From: an uncultured Gammaproteobacteria bacterium
GTDB lineage: Bacteria > Patescibacteriota > Patescibacteriia > CAIXNZ01
Direction of reading: 5' to 3'
Length of the DNA stretch: 64,000 bases
Assembly: GCA_964590345.1 (NCBI GenBank)
Contig: CAZPVP010000001.1
Span: 131,954 to 195,953 of the forward strand
Below, in pieces: positions 50,201 through 58,213 of this stretch (within the stretch, counting starts at the first letter, position 1; each line of letters starts with the position of its first letter). A model generated the notes under the pieces. That model was not told the origin of the DNA. It did not search any database and saw nothing but the letters and a program-made list of their open reading frames with translations. The translations under genes were made by a program, and so were the position numbers.

Positions 50201-52571
50201 GATCCTGCTGGCAAACTCTAAAATCAACTGTATTAGTAAATAAACCTTCAGCTGTTTCCAGCACTATTTGACTGTCAGGAGAAGATGTTCCGTCTGGCAC
50301 GTCTGGCACTTTAACAACAACAGAAGTATTACTCCAAAATTTAGCTTGGCAAGCTTCAGGGAAATCAGTATCGGCCCGTTGCCAGTCTTCTTGATCCGGC
50401 TCATTATTATCAAATCTAACAGAACCTTCCTGATTGCCGAAATTACTGCCAAAAATCGTTACATATTGGCCAACTGGACCAAAATTAGGGCTAATATAAT
50501 CAATTCTTGGCGCTATTGCCGAAGGCAAAACAGTAAAATTAAAAGGATTACTGAATAATTCACTGACTTGAACCTGAACCGATAAAATTTCAGGCTCAAT
50601 ATTTGGTATTAAAGCATTGCTTATTTCAATGTCTGACCAAGACCAGTTTGCTTTGTTGTCAAATTCCATTCCGCCAATTAAAGCTCTTTCTTTTGTCTCA
50701 CCAAAATTTTTACCGCCCAAAGCAACTGACTCGCCAAACTCGCCTTGACTTGGAGTCAAGCTGCATAAAGCCGGCCTGACAATATTATTAATTTTAAAAT
50801 CGCCGACCCAGCCGTCTTCATCACTGGTTGTTTCTTCAAGACCATCAGCATTAATTAATTTCAAAGGTCCGGTCACTGCTTCTTCTGGTATTTCTATAAT
50901 TAATTGATCATCCTGCCAAATATTTTCTGCGCCACAGCCAAGCGGCAATACCGCATTCACGTCATCAGCTAAATCCGCTTCATCACCTAAAAAAATCACC
51001 CTGCCTAACGAAGTGCCAAAACCGCGCCCCCATAAAGTAATAAAATTGCCTGGCGCGCCATTATCTGGCTGAACATCATCAATACGCGGCAAATATTGGC
51101 AAGTACAATCTTCAGTACCTGAACAATAAAATTCAGGACCGCATTTTGTATCATCAGCTTGGCAGCCAGTTGCTGGATCATCATCTTCATCGCAAGGAAA
51201 GCCCATGCCTCTTTCCTGACAAATACAATTTTCATCACAATATAAACCTTCCTGACAGCCAGCATCAGTGCAAAGAGCTCCATCTACTTCAACACATTCT
51301 TCGCCCGGGCCTGGTTTTTCCTGACAAGTACATGTTTCAGAATCACAAACTAATCCAGGATAACAATCGCTTATTTCACAGGCTTCAGTTTCAGTATCAG
51401 CATCGCAACTTTCGCCAATATAAGGCAAACAATATTCAGCGTCCTGGCAAATCTGACTAATACAGCAATCAGACAAACAATCAGCATCAGTTTCACATAT
51501 AATATCAGTCCACAAACCATTACTTTGTTGGGTGCTCACTGTTACCCTTACCTTTCCTGAACTTGTCCCTGGCACGGTTGAATCAATAAATTCTTCAGAC
51601 CAGGATGATGTTTCCGCAATAACATTATTGTAAGTTACTGTGCCAGTCACACCAAATCTTTCACCTTTTAATCCTCTAAAATCACCAGTTTTAGCGCTAT
51701 AAACTTCATTATTGTTTTCATCAAGCAAACAAATTAAAATTGGCGCGGTTGACAACTCTTCACCAGTTAATCTAAAAACATCCAATCGATCGCTTATACC
51801 CCAATCCTTTTCCGAACTTAAAAGCTCATCGGCTGTTTCAGCTACAACCATATAATCATTACCCTCTAAAGTTATTTCTTCTGGCACCTTAACCACTACT
51901 CGGCTAAGCTCGCTGTCTGATATTGGCTTAAACCAATCCGGGTCATCTTCTTTACATTTTAATATCTCAGCTGGGAATTCATTGCCGTCTTTATCCTTAA
52001 AGAAAAGCCGGCCCGGCTCATCGCCGACTAAACCGCCAGTAACTGTAACTCCAGCTCCGCGCAAGCCGCTATCAGGATCAATACATAACCAAGGCTTAGA
52101 ATCATTAGGGTTGGGATCCGCACAATAAATTGTTGGGCCAGGTGAGGGAGGCGGAGGTGAAGGAGGCCCGGGTGGGCCTGGAGGCTCGGTTGGTGCTGTT
52201 ACGCTGACCAACCGGCTTATTACAAAACTGGCTATGGCAAAAGCTGATAAAATTATAACTAAGCCAATAACTGCACCAGTTAACAATTTTTTTGCTTTAT
52301 CAATTTTTTCCGGCATGCCTGCTGCTGTCATATAAAGATACCCTCCGTAAATTATCAAAGCAACAGCTAAAATCCCCAAAAAGCCCAAAAATCCTCTGAT
52401 AATATTCGCGATAGTTATCCTAATGTCTTGAGTGCCCAAACCAGTCCCAGCGCCGTATTCTATGCCAACATCCAAAGCTCCGGCATTTGCAAAATTGCAA
52501 ACAAAAATCAGGCCTAAAACTAAAATTAAGCTTGTAAATATTAATCGTTTTTTAGTTAAAAAATTCTTCAT
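41256..52571 (-). CDS. Giant (3771 aa) pilin-fused adhesin: VirB2/TrbC-like pilin, IPT/TIG repeats, Ig-like (Big_5), LamG-like domains, Cys-rich repeats
   Basis: N-terminal two-TM pilin module; repeated P..G..G..V.I.G.NFG (IPT); LamG-like blocks ending G.MDGFAIYDRVL, G.LDEIVVYNRAL, G.IDELRIYDRAL. Confidence 0.85.
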   Translation of the reverse strand: MKNFLTKKRLIFTSLILVLGLIFVCNFANAGALDVGIEYGAGTGLGTQDIRITIANIIRGFLGFLGILAVALIIYGGYLYMTAAGMPEKIDKAKKLLTGAVIGLVIILSAFAIASFVISRLVSVTAPTEPPGPPGPPSPPPPSPGPTIYCADPNPNDSKPWLCIDPDSGLRGAGVTVTGGLVGDEPGRLFFKDKDGNEFPAEILKCKEDDPDWFKPISDSELSRVVVKVPEEITLEGNDYMVVAETADELLSSEKDWGISDRLDVFRLTGEELSTAPILICLLDENNNEVYSAKTGDFRGLKGERFGVTGTVTYNNVIAETSSWSEEFIDSTVPGTSSGKVRVTVSTQQSNGLWTDIICETDADCLSDCCISQICQDAEYCLPYIGESCDADTETEACEISDCYPGLVCDSETCTCQEKPGPGEECVEVDGALCTDAGCQEGLYCDENCICQERGMGFPCDEDDDPATGCQADDTKCGPEFYCSGTEDCTCQYLPRIDDVQPDNGAPGNFITLWGRGFGTSLGRVIFLGDEADLADDVNAVLPLGCGAENIWQDDQLIIEIPEEAVTGPLKLINADGLEETTSDEDGWVGDFKINNIVRPALCSLTPSQGEFGESVALGGKNFGETKERALIGGMEFDNKANWSWSDIEISNALIPNIEPEILSVQVQVSELFSNPFNFTVLPSAIAPRIDYISPNFGPVGQYVTIFGSNFGNQEGSVRFDNNEPDQEDWQRADTDFPEACQAKFWSNTSVVVKVPDVPDGTSSPDSQIVLETAEGLFTNTVDFRVCQQDPETCPLRPGICLLEPDQGPIGTTDITLYGENFDSYDYDSEQSKVFFWDDKEVADDLSNYWTENQVGSGQVRSGLPMTVPEGAVTGPVELIDQNGLVSNQMQFEVIDCRDDPSICDTENTGLICCELDGVCRLPEDCEMEVAPMCTYKWSFTTGLDIDVEPPQVIEELPCEENTQSPTPWKNSVDNCANIWISARFTQKMDVASLNKNTIIVQKCNDDGAFEENLCSPRPLEPLAIDTINEDTGFVFEPRTEHPDNYLKPNTWYKVTLKSGRDGIKSALELGNYWLDGDFDGIEGGDYSWHFRIRNSAEACEIDNVVVNPQEALIELITEDQEYNAFALAENCNILNGNAYDWTWYKVYSDGTREEASETLEDYGIATISEQDIRPRIRDESGNIISEGNNKIDYKQIATPIDQGLTYIGAEVFPDSPDNEKDEDNELVIDLNLPEIDRIYPNNGLIHPDINAYVTIYGKNFGDEPLAGGVTFEEVPAELVDCGDPWTDEIIQVLAPKAKPVEAEQQATYNLPELVDRNGMILFYSFEDTGGVILEDQLGNYEGEIMGSPQRVSDQFGQAMLFNGVSDYVKLPNTLDLETGSLELWFKPEQAGQQTLFSASDGSDDLFSLDLESGTENGTDLNLVINGQFNKTIGAPVKWNNWNHLVYTFDGEKYNIYINGVKLQYLASEGNLANNNLSQQGFLADVINKTDVLIGAKNSQGIKDYFKGTMDGFAIYDRVLGAGEVRNNYGLQSGQTLLLNFEGTGEQIIDSSVNNFQGVSIADPSKSFRIDEGRYGKAISFNNDNHINIADNPALRFYKGITIEGWFKVSDTQDNVIFEQGDNLSVRIVDDSLLFSVFVADEGEKTGSSVYAETSNGINIDQWNYFAGVYDGEKVKIYLNGQQAEYDEPGRYYKQDIYGDSCLGGCDNEFTGALDEIVVYNRALSEGEIQSRLGAKDGSYVYVQTLFGKAKSDRTFIYSENVYPFLCDLQPDFGLEGTEVALDGDNFGDSNKTTYEGKEYGVGSYTIFDADFLGDENIRGWTNKLVEAINPFSDIGYPEIDVSISIDPYSEPYNDLTGDGFFTPCAEGQTEGCDEYADINSNFEYDSGTYSVENFETGNTEQNTEQVDSLESNTLPFYLPPVIEKISPDNGPIGTWVTISGYNFGEYVKGESKVFFYNDKEALFPPPPCDNYWTNTQIIVEVPEGAEPGDLYLITGTGLESNRVNYEVNDDPLGAGICQITPTFGEPDEVVVVQGDRFEVEKGNSNLIFTDRAIATTSYWDNKTITGNVPAGAETGEVVVTKRIETGRACAGFSIGTWCPSGQYDIVYEDVPSNPVNFTVFGGCEVTGSGKIGRKEAVLSGFPIRPHDQAGKIASYVNTYNSTSDGTYLYARTDTTWWNWRLSYDSNISGVNPRNIIYKIGTGYNGTELGRIYNEYVWRDRIQPDSSEQVIYLPSITYHSDGKFYPGLTYAEGGNWWVPEIIFDDETNEFYLQQSASLPSPFLNFVGGIINAARNISNGSLINGGLIDSNGQYVFNVAQIKFWWGKTYKVKIYDPKNNWRLVKSFTVDDLPNGVAGPLGIAVDENIIYISNYYNNSSIGVVALNWHSEEYVTSWSKNNLSPNEENEAIGGYDWENRVFWTGELSLVRDAEKNRISKYVACPLTGAADQCKTDLDCNACGEGTSSCINGRCTPYIMEFTPNSGAVGTWVALNGCYFGCDPGQVYFWGKTAEQMEDLTSLQDYKAYYSFDDDTANDASANEYHGELKGDASIDQGILNLNGTGDYVALPISYGQSELPETTVCARVKSSSQQAQIIASFDRSEVWRLALKDTVPTGAANVGWDTTDSLDQTRDLSTESDYADGNWHYICGWFNTNASPNKRIYVDGEQVAAVTTPGDKSLGAGQERSQSFGFIGVGSEARKPDGVKSPESWFYGQIDELRIYDRALTDVEIQVLAGKQATGYIKEALNVGEKNPDCGETWRCNPDDYDEVIVEVPNQDIEPNMDCPEGDCPPEGYDLNDAIDGPIKLITAFGAPYEDTTEHLDPANYDVDDVSVPNLCRLTPDLGNQGITVRAIGENFADLQANDYIKFGPNSELSELREPWYDYGLDGLPSEQEDGYDPEINPDPASDDFDSSSNPDGTEGNNQYDYDEKEGIGELFIDVNENGLYDTDLSADDYSFKITDYINEQEFNACPADDGWANENICFKVPEDAAGYGTTFGTGRNQVQVSKDINGQDILSSALRFDVSFGACGDKIIDRGLGEMCDDGTMPEIEDSELEEICQKLFSERPDEEIDQCYADCADDCNLMFCIGNDCRSILDLCGNNIISNYPELNYMEDCDCGEEWQCTVVGLNNQTCETLELEPGELSCYPPGHNEQCEFDTSACSLLELPQFKVQATMPNHGEEEFCTNGIVDIYFDDLIDESTLENHIRIASCSDSTFARQQNKGLVYKTVQYFKNIFKRLVGYDRQALAQECTEFSSEEYELETLNAYDKTIVSLFTDNFLDSEQYYQVTIIGGEIGIKSLAGGQLDNSNSPWPDPLADSEDYIFGFKTLGEADDPQSGICNVEWIDVSVYSKPFTIWDNRNAEFRDDDLFMCAGRDDCALDLDFDQDPATEGNQHEYDAIGKSKKGFSLKANYQWSKTDDTDPQRAIEIYNDKPELTGGDSSEDDYKVQNDTGITFVTAKPIEEAFAQLAIEAQAKGSFEPPAQENFDVYILLCENPWPSIQEKFPISSLINAYNFQTYYCRDAGPPGPAGDLPAARWLFPDVANLSNLTNTDFEYGNLLNWVEATGTAFDSQPVYTDITSQRDGISSQIQGNWWIGTYERYRGNYWEETTDIQDTKPTGVLHSQAFLIEGNEIRFKIGGSNNPWPEASYSYSVDDSNNANAVVWAIRDDPEKEWQIVDSATGEDRTTMREEIFDTAKFMTGRQCSDDNDCNGYGTCKDLEGSICGDLPGEECQCTPVAGIIYIYDNNFGGYTNFDDLRQYKNGIEIPIRF

Positions 52572-52577
52572 GCTATT

Positions 52578-53726
52578 TTATTGATTTGGTTTAAAATTAA
52601 TAGTTACAGTCGCTGGAAATTCCTTGGCCAAAAGAATGCCCTCTTTCAAATCTGCTGAGAAAAAATACCATTCTGCATCTAAAAGTGGGCTTTTGAAACC
52701 CCACTCATGAGGCTCAAATTTATTTACTGTTAAATCAAAAATCAATTCTTCAGATCCATCACCAATATAAATAACTTCGCCGTCAGTACAGCAAGGCGCC
52801 CAGCCATTATTATAAACTAATTTATTATTGCACTCGCCATACCTGTCGCCTCTAATATTAGTCTTATCACATGGATAATTTGGCAAAGATGCCAATATGC
52901 CATCGTCTAATATTGCAAATTTAAAATAATCCCTGGTCTTTGTTAATGAACCATTAAATCCGCCTGATCCCTTGTTAATCTCGCTATGAATATTAATTAA
53001 ATAATATTTTGGCTGATTAGGATTGCTTTGATCTTTATAAATAAAGCTTATTGTGCGATTAGCCGCTATCATCCTGTTAAAAAAACCGCCATATTCTTCA
53101 AGAGAAATAATATTAGTGCTTGCAGTGAACTCAGTGCCATAACTGTAAAAATCTTTAATTGATTTATTTAAACTAAAAATACCCAAATCAACGCTCTGCC
53201 CATTATAATCCATTGAAAAACCAGTATCAGTCAATAAACCAATAGAATCATCATCATCTTCTTCCTCGCCATTTTCTTGCTCGCCATCACCATAATATTG
53301 CTGATTAATATTTTCATTTACGATTCGGCCGTTCTCTGCCATTTCCACACCTGTTGCTTCCATTATTTTTTTCAAAATATAATTAGTTATACCAAAAGCA
53401 ACCAAAATGACAACTAAACCAGTACCAGCAGAAATTAATATTTTCTTAGCTTTTTCTAATTTTTCTGAATCATTCCTGCCAATTAGATATAAAAATCCGC
53501 CATAAATAAACAAAGCCACTGCCACTATTCCTAATAAACCTAAAGAAACTTTAATTATATTTGCCATCGTCAGCCTAAAATCTCCAGCGCCTAAACCTGT
53601 TTCTGTGCCATATTCTAAGCCAACTTCTATCATGCCTGCATTTGCCTGACTAACTAATAAAAATAAGCTTAAAAGAACAATTATTCCTAACAAATATATA
53701 ACTTTTTTTGCAAAAATTTTATTCAT
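52578..53726 (-). CDS. Pilin-module protein with C-terminal CCTDG domain
   Basis: Signal; VGLEYGTETGLGAGDFRLTMANII + two TM + EKAKKIL; WAPCCTDG. Confidence 0.8.
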   Translation of the reverse strand: MNKIFAKKVIYLLGIIVLLSLFLLVSQANAGMIEVGLEYGTETGLGAGDFRLTMANIIKVSLGLLGIVAVALFIYGGFLYLIGRNDSEKLEKAKKILISAGTGLVVILVAFGITNYILKKIMEATGVEMAENGRIVNENINQQYYGDGEQENGEEEDDDDSIGLLTDTGFSMDYNGQSVDLGIFSLNKSIKDFYSYGTEFTASTNIISLEEYGGFFNRMIAANRTISFIYKDQSNPNQPKYYLINIHSEINKGSGGFNGSLTKTRDYFKFAILDDGILASLPNYPCDKTNIRGDRYGECNNKLVYNNGWAPCCTDGEVIYIGDGSEELIFDLTVNKFEPHEWGFKSPLLDAEWYFFSADLKEGILLAKEFPATVTINFKPNQ

Positions 53727-53734
53727 AAAATTGT

Positions 53735-55825
53735 TTATTCTATTTCACAGCTTGGGAAAACACCAAGCCAAGGATCGTCTTCCAAATAAACGCCAGGGGT
53801 GTCAGTCTCTTCCTTAACACAACCAGGACCGGCGCAAGGCTGATAACAATTTTGGAAAATATCTTTAACTCCTGAACCGACTCTTAAACTAAAATCCAAA
53901 TTCTCGCCTAAAACCGCATGTCCCATAATTGCAATTGTCTGCCCTTCGGGTCTATTTAAAAATTTATTCACGCTCTCCAGCCAGTAAGCCCAGCCGCCGC
54001 CTGGATAATTAGCGCTTTCCAAAATTTCACTTGAAGGCTGAATCAGCGTTATATATTCAGTCTCAACACAAGTCTGGCCTGCCGGGCAAGCAACATTTGG
54101 GGTACAAACAAGTCTTTCTCCTTGATCATTCAAACAATAACCGCTAGCGCTATCACAACTCGTTCCAGGACACTCATCATCGCTTGTACAAGGGCAATAA
54201 CCGTCGCCATAACCGCTGTCTGGCTTAATTGTGCTTGCCATTATTAATCTGTCAAAAGCTATTTCAAAATTAACTCTGGGACGAATATCTGTGCCGCCAG
54301 CCTCTGGATAATATCTTTCTATTTCTGGAGGGGATAATTGTATCTTGTCACTAGTGTAAAAACTCCACTGCGAATCATCACCTTGATCATCAGGATCAGG
54401 AATATTGATATAATAAGGGGGATTTTTGCTTTGAGATTCCGGCCCTTGGGCTTGATTATCTAAATTACCATCTAAAGAATTATCAGCCATATCAACTATG
54501 CCGTCGTAAGGGAAACTGGCAGCCGGGCTTCCGGCTTCAAATAAAGAAGCAGCTTTAACTAAAACAGTAATAAATTCGTTTTCAGGCAGGCAAAAAACAT
54601 CGCCGCCGCAAGTATTTTTACCGCACAAGTCATTAGTTACAAATTCAACTGTTTTATATTGATTGGAATATAAAAATTCTCCAGCAATTATATTATCACT
54701 ATCTTCATTACAATCAGCAGGATTAGATTCAGCACATACGTTAATATTATTGAAAGTATTAATTTGGTTAGTTTGAGGATCTCTTCTTAAACTGCCGACT
54801 GTGCCCCCTTTTTCCAGTTCAACCAAGCCCCTCATTGTCATTGGATTAATTGCTTCATTAAAATTAAGCTGGACAATATGATTTCTAGGCACTGTCTGTT
54901 CAGGGGTATTAGCTGGCCGTGGCAAGACTGAAACAATTTTTGGCGGAGTTAAATCAACCACTGTTGAAACCTCAAAACTCCAGTCATAACCGCCAAACAA
55001 GCCAAAGGCATCTTGGCCATTAAACTTTTTAATATTATCAGTTAATTCAACAGTATAATTAGTCGGTTCATCAGGACTGCCCAATAAGGTTATTGGCTTA
55101 AAAACAAATGTTTTCAAATCATCAGTATGAAAAGCCCTTACATCCGAAACATAAGGTCCGTCAAAATCAGCTGTTTTACGAATTTTAATGCTGTCAGGAT
55201 TAATTAAATCATCTAAATCATCCTCGGGATTCTTCTCATTGACAATGCTAGTAACATCCATTTCTTCTTTAAAAGTCACTACAATGCTGGTATTGCGCGG
55301 AATATCAAAAGCATTGCGAGCAGGATAATGACTTTCAATAATGCCATTGCCCAAAGCACCCCCTCCTCCGCCATAAGGTGGCGGTCCCGGCGGTCCAAGT
55401 CCGGTTGCTTCCAATAAAAGATTAATAATAAAACTGGCAATAGCAAAAGCCATTAAAATAATCAATAAACCAATTACTGCATTTATTAAAATCTTTTTTG
55501 CTTTTTCAATTTTTTCAGGATTACCAGCTGAAGTCATGTAAATAAAGCCGCCATAAAGAATAATTCCAACAGCCAAAATGCCCAAGAAACCCAAAGCCGC
55601 TCTGATAATATTGGCTATAGTAATTCTAATATCCTGAGTACCTAAACCAGTTCCTTCAGCATATTCTAATCCCACTTCAAGCTCGCCAGCAAAAACAACT
55701 GAAGCAAATAAAAAAACCGCCAAAACCAAAAAACCTATCACTAAAATTTTGGCAGCTTTACTGATTTTCTTTTTCTTTTTTTTCTCTTGGCTTGCTTTCG
55801 AAGTCAAGAGTGATTTTTGACGCAT
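53735..55825 (-). CDS. Pilin-module protein with Ig-like (Big_5/SbsA-like) domains
   Basis: VGLEYAEGTGLGTQDIRITIANII + two TM; P.RN.SIVVTFKEEMD, P.N.IVQLNFNEAIN, P.VNFEIAFDRLI. Confidence 0.82.
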   Translation of the reverse strand: MRQKSLLTSKASQEKKKKKKISKAAKILVIGFLVLAVFLFASVVFAGELEVGLEYAEGTGLGTQDIRITIANIIRAALGFLGILAVGIILYGGFIYMTSAGNPEKIEKAKKILINAVIGLLIILMAFAIASFIINLLLEATGLGPPGPPPYGGGGGALGNGIIESHYPARNAFDIPRNTSIVVTFKEEMDVTSIVNEKNPEDDLDDLINPDSIKIRKTADFDGPYVSDVRAFHTDDLKTFVFKPITLLGSPDEPTNYTVELTDNIKKFNGQDAFGLFGGYDWSFEVSTVVDLTPPKIVSVLPRPANTPEQTVPRNHIVQLNFNEAINPMTMRGLVELEKGGTVGSLRRDPQTNQINTFNNINVCAESNPADCNEDSDNIIAGEFLYSNQYKTVEFVTNDLCGKNTCGGDVFCLPENEFITVLVKAASLFEAGSPAASFPYDGIVDMADNSLDGNLDNQAQGPESQSKNPPYYINIPDPDDQGDDSQWSFYTSDKIQLSPPEIERYYPEAGGTDIRPRVNFEIAFDRLIMASTIKPDSGYGDGYCPCTSDDECPGTSCDSASGYCLNDQGERLVCTPNVACPAGQTCVETEYITLIQPSSEILESANYPGGGWAYWLESVNKFLNRPEGQTIAIMGHAVLGENLDFSLRVGSGVKDIFQNCYQPCAGPGCVKEETDTPGVYLEDDPWLGVFPSCEIE

Positions 55826-55847
55826 GGGAATCTATTTAAATAAAATT

Positions 55848-56288
55848 TTATTCGGCAATTTCTTTTTCAACAATTTGCTTAACTAAGCTACCATCGGCTT
55901 TATCTTTTAATTCACTCATAACCGCAGCCATAACTTTGCCTATATTCTCTTTATCCTCTAATTGGTTTATTATCTCTTTAACTTTTTTTTCAATTTCTTC
56001 TTCACTCATTTGTTTCGGTAAATATTTCTCTAAAATCTCTAACTCTTTCTTTTCTTTATCAGCTAATTCCTGGCGATTAGCTTTTTCGTATTCGATTATT
56101 GATTCTTTTCGTTTTTTTATCTCACTCTTTATTACTTTAACAACATCTTCATCTTTTAAATCTTCTTTTTTTTGTATTCTTTCATTTTTTAAAGCAGCCA
56201 AAAGCAGACGTAATGTTGAAACTACGGCTTGCTCTTTTTTTACAAAAGCTTGCTGAAAATCTTTTTCTATTTGCTCTAAAAGCGACAT
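55848..56288 (-). CDS. GatB/YqeY domain protein
   Basis: LRLLLAALKN, KKRKESI..Y.KANRQELA.KE..E..IL..YLP.Q, GKVM, ADG. Start set at ATG 56288; follows rpsU. Confidence 0.92.
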   Translation of the reverse strand: MSLLEQIEKDFQQAFVKKEQAVVSTLRLLLAALKNERIQKKEDLKDEDVVKVIKSEIKKRKESIIEYEKANRQELADKEKKELEILEKYLPKQMSEEEIEKKVKEIINQLEDKENIGKVMAAVMSELKDKADGSLVKQIVEKEIAE

Positions 56289-56376
56289 TTTTACATGGCT
56301 ACGGATACTACAAAATGATACAGAAATTTGCTTAAAATTTATAATTCTGTAACTGAGCTGCAGCTCCGCATCCAAA

Positions 56377-56598
56377 TTAATCTTCCATCAATTTGCCAAT
56401 TTTTTTTAAATATTCTTTTTTAGCTTTAATTTTATTTCTTCTTAAAGCTAATTTTTTAGCTAAATTTTTATTTGGCTCTTTTTCCAAAAATCTAATTTTT
56501 TTGGCTTGTAAAATCTTACCGCTTTGTAAAACTTTTTTATTAAAACGTCTCAACAAGCTTTCAAAAGTCTCGCTTTTTTTTCTTTTTGCTTCTGCCAT
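56377..56598 (-). CDS. rpsU: 30S ribosomal protein S21
   Basis: ETFESLLRRFNKKVLQSG, basic C-terminus; rpsU-yqeY synteny. Confidence 0.88.
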   Translation of the reverse strand: MAEAKRKKSETFESLLRRFNKKVLQSGKILQAKKIRFLEKEPNKNLAKKLALRRNKIKAKKEYLKKIGKLMED

Positions 56599-56673
56599 TT
56601 ATTTACTCACATCTCCTTTCTAAAACTTAACTTAATAATAACAATAAACTTAAATTTCGTCAAACAAAATTAA

Positions 56674-56701
56674 TAAAAAAACGCTGGCTTTAAACCGGCG
56701 C
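56674..56701 (-). terminator. Putative terminator after hisS
   Basis: Minus strand CGCCGG-TTTAAAG-CCAGCG followed by a T run. Confidence 0.55.
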
Positions 56702-56720
56702 CTATTTTATTGTAAAAATC

Positions 56721-58172
56721 TTACAAACCTAACCTTTTCTTCACCTCTTTAACTGCCTTATTATAATTAATGGTTTCTTGTATGCCGCCTTCCATATCAC
56801 GGAGCAAAATTGTTTCTTCAGAAAGTTCTTTCTGACCTAAAATTAAAGCATATTTAACACCTAACTTATTAGCGATATCCAATTGATTCTTAAGCCCATC
56901 TTTAGAAAAACTTTCTGCCATTTTAATTCCTTCCTGTCTTAAAGTCTCATAAAGAACCAGACATTTTCTTTTGGCTGCCTCGCCCAACTGGGCAATAAAA
57001 ACATCGGGGTTTTCTTCTTCTGATACTTCTATTTCCAATTCTTTTATTTTTAAAATAATACGCTCAATCCCCAAAGCTACGCCAACTGCCGGAGTTGGAC
57101 GACCGCCTAACATCTCTATCAAGCCATCATAACGGCCGCCACCGCCTAAAGCATTTTGCGCTTTTTTACTACCTTGTTCTGCCCAAACTTCAAAAACTGT
57201 TTTAGTATAATAATCTAATCCGCGAACTAAACAAGAATTAAGATTATAAGGTGTTTCTATTTCATCTAAAAATTCTAAAACTTTAACAAAATGATTTTTA
57301 CAATCATCACATAACCAATCAACAATCTGAGGCGCATCTTCGCTAATAGCTATACATTTTTCTTCTTTACAATCCAAAAGTCGCAAAGGATTTTTAGTTA
57401 ATCTTGCTTTACAATTATCACATAAATCTGTTTTTTGAGTTTTATAATAATTAATTAATTGAGTTTTATATTCTTTTCTACATTCTGGACAACCGATGCT
57501 ATTTATTTGGATATTAACATCTATGCCCAATTCTTTAAAAAAATTATAACTCATAATTATTATTTGAGCATCTAAAACTGGATTAATATCACCAAGCGAT
57601 TCAAAACCAAATTGATGGAATTGACGATATCGGCCTGACTGCGGACGATCATAACGAAACATATGGCCAATATAAAAAAACTTAACTGGTTGAGACAAAT
57701 TAAGCATGCCATGATTAATATACGCACGCGCTACTGAAGCTGTTGCTTCGGGCCTTAAACTTACATTATCACCGCCTTTATCTACAAAAGAAAACATTTC
57801 TTTTTCAATAATATCGGTGTCTTTGCCTACTGCATGAATAAACAAAGAGGATTCCTCCAAAATTGGCAAATCAATCCTTTCAAAACTATAATCTTTTGCC
57901 ATTTGCTTTGCTTTATTTCTAATCAGCTGCCAATATTTTTGTTCAGAGGGTAAAATATCTTTAAAACCTCGCAAAAGCTGGGGTGTGCTTCTTGTCGGCT
58001 TAACTATTTTTGTTGCCTCTTCTGCTTTCTTTTTCTCAGTTTTCTTTTTGGCTGCTTTTGTTTTTTTACTGGCTGTTTTTTTTGTTTTAGCCTTTACTTT
58101 TTTGGTTGCAGATTTTGATGCAGTTTTTGCTGCGGCTTTTTTAGTTGTTTTTTTCTTTTTAGTTCTGGTCAT
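56721..58172 (-). CDS. hisS: Histidine--tRNA ligase with Lys/Ala/Thr-rich N-terminal extension
   Basis: RGFKD, LRPEATA, FRYDRPQSGRYRQFHQ, LVRGLDYY, GGGRYD. Confidence 0.97.
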   Translation of the reverse strand: MTRTKKKKTTKKAAAKTASKSATKKVKAKTKKTASKKTKAAKKKTEKKKAEEATKIVKPTRSTPQLLRGFKDILPSEQKYWQLIRNKAKQMAKDYSFERIDLPILEESSLFIHAVGKDTDIIEKEMFSFVDKGGDNVSLRPEATASVARAYINHGMLNLSQPVKFFYIGHMFRYDRPQSGRYRQFHQFGFESLGDINPVLDAQIIIMSYNFFKELGIDVNIQINSIGCPECRKEYKTQLINYYKTQKTDLCDNCKARLTKNPLRLLDCKEEKCIAISEDAPQIVDWLCDDCKNHFVKVLEFLDEIETPYNLNSCLVRGLDYYTKTVFEVWAEQGSKKAQNALGGGGRYDGLIEMLGGRPTPAVGVALGIERIILKIKELEIEVSEEENPDVFIAQLGEAAKRKCLVLYETLRQEGIKMAESFSKDGLKNQLDIANKLGVKYALILGQKELSEETILLRDMEGGIQETINYNKAVKEVKKRLGL

Positions 58173-58213
58173 ATTTTTGCTTATCGCTAATAGCTATATG
58201 CTATTTTGCTAAA

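Noticed and set aside
143-58212. Numerous short plus-strand and alternative-frame ORFs in the track (e.g. 143..376, 2318..2638, 7239..7649, 23516..23797, 46131..46595, 57985..58212)
   Set aside because: They lie within longer, motif-supported minus-strand genes and show no recognisable motifs; treated as shadow ORFs.
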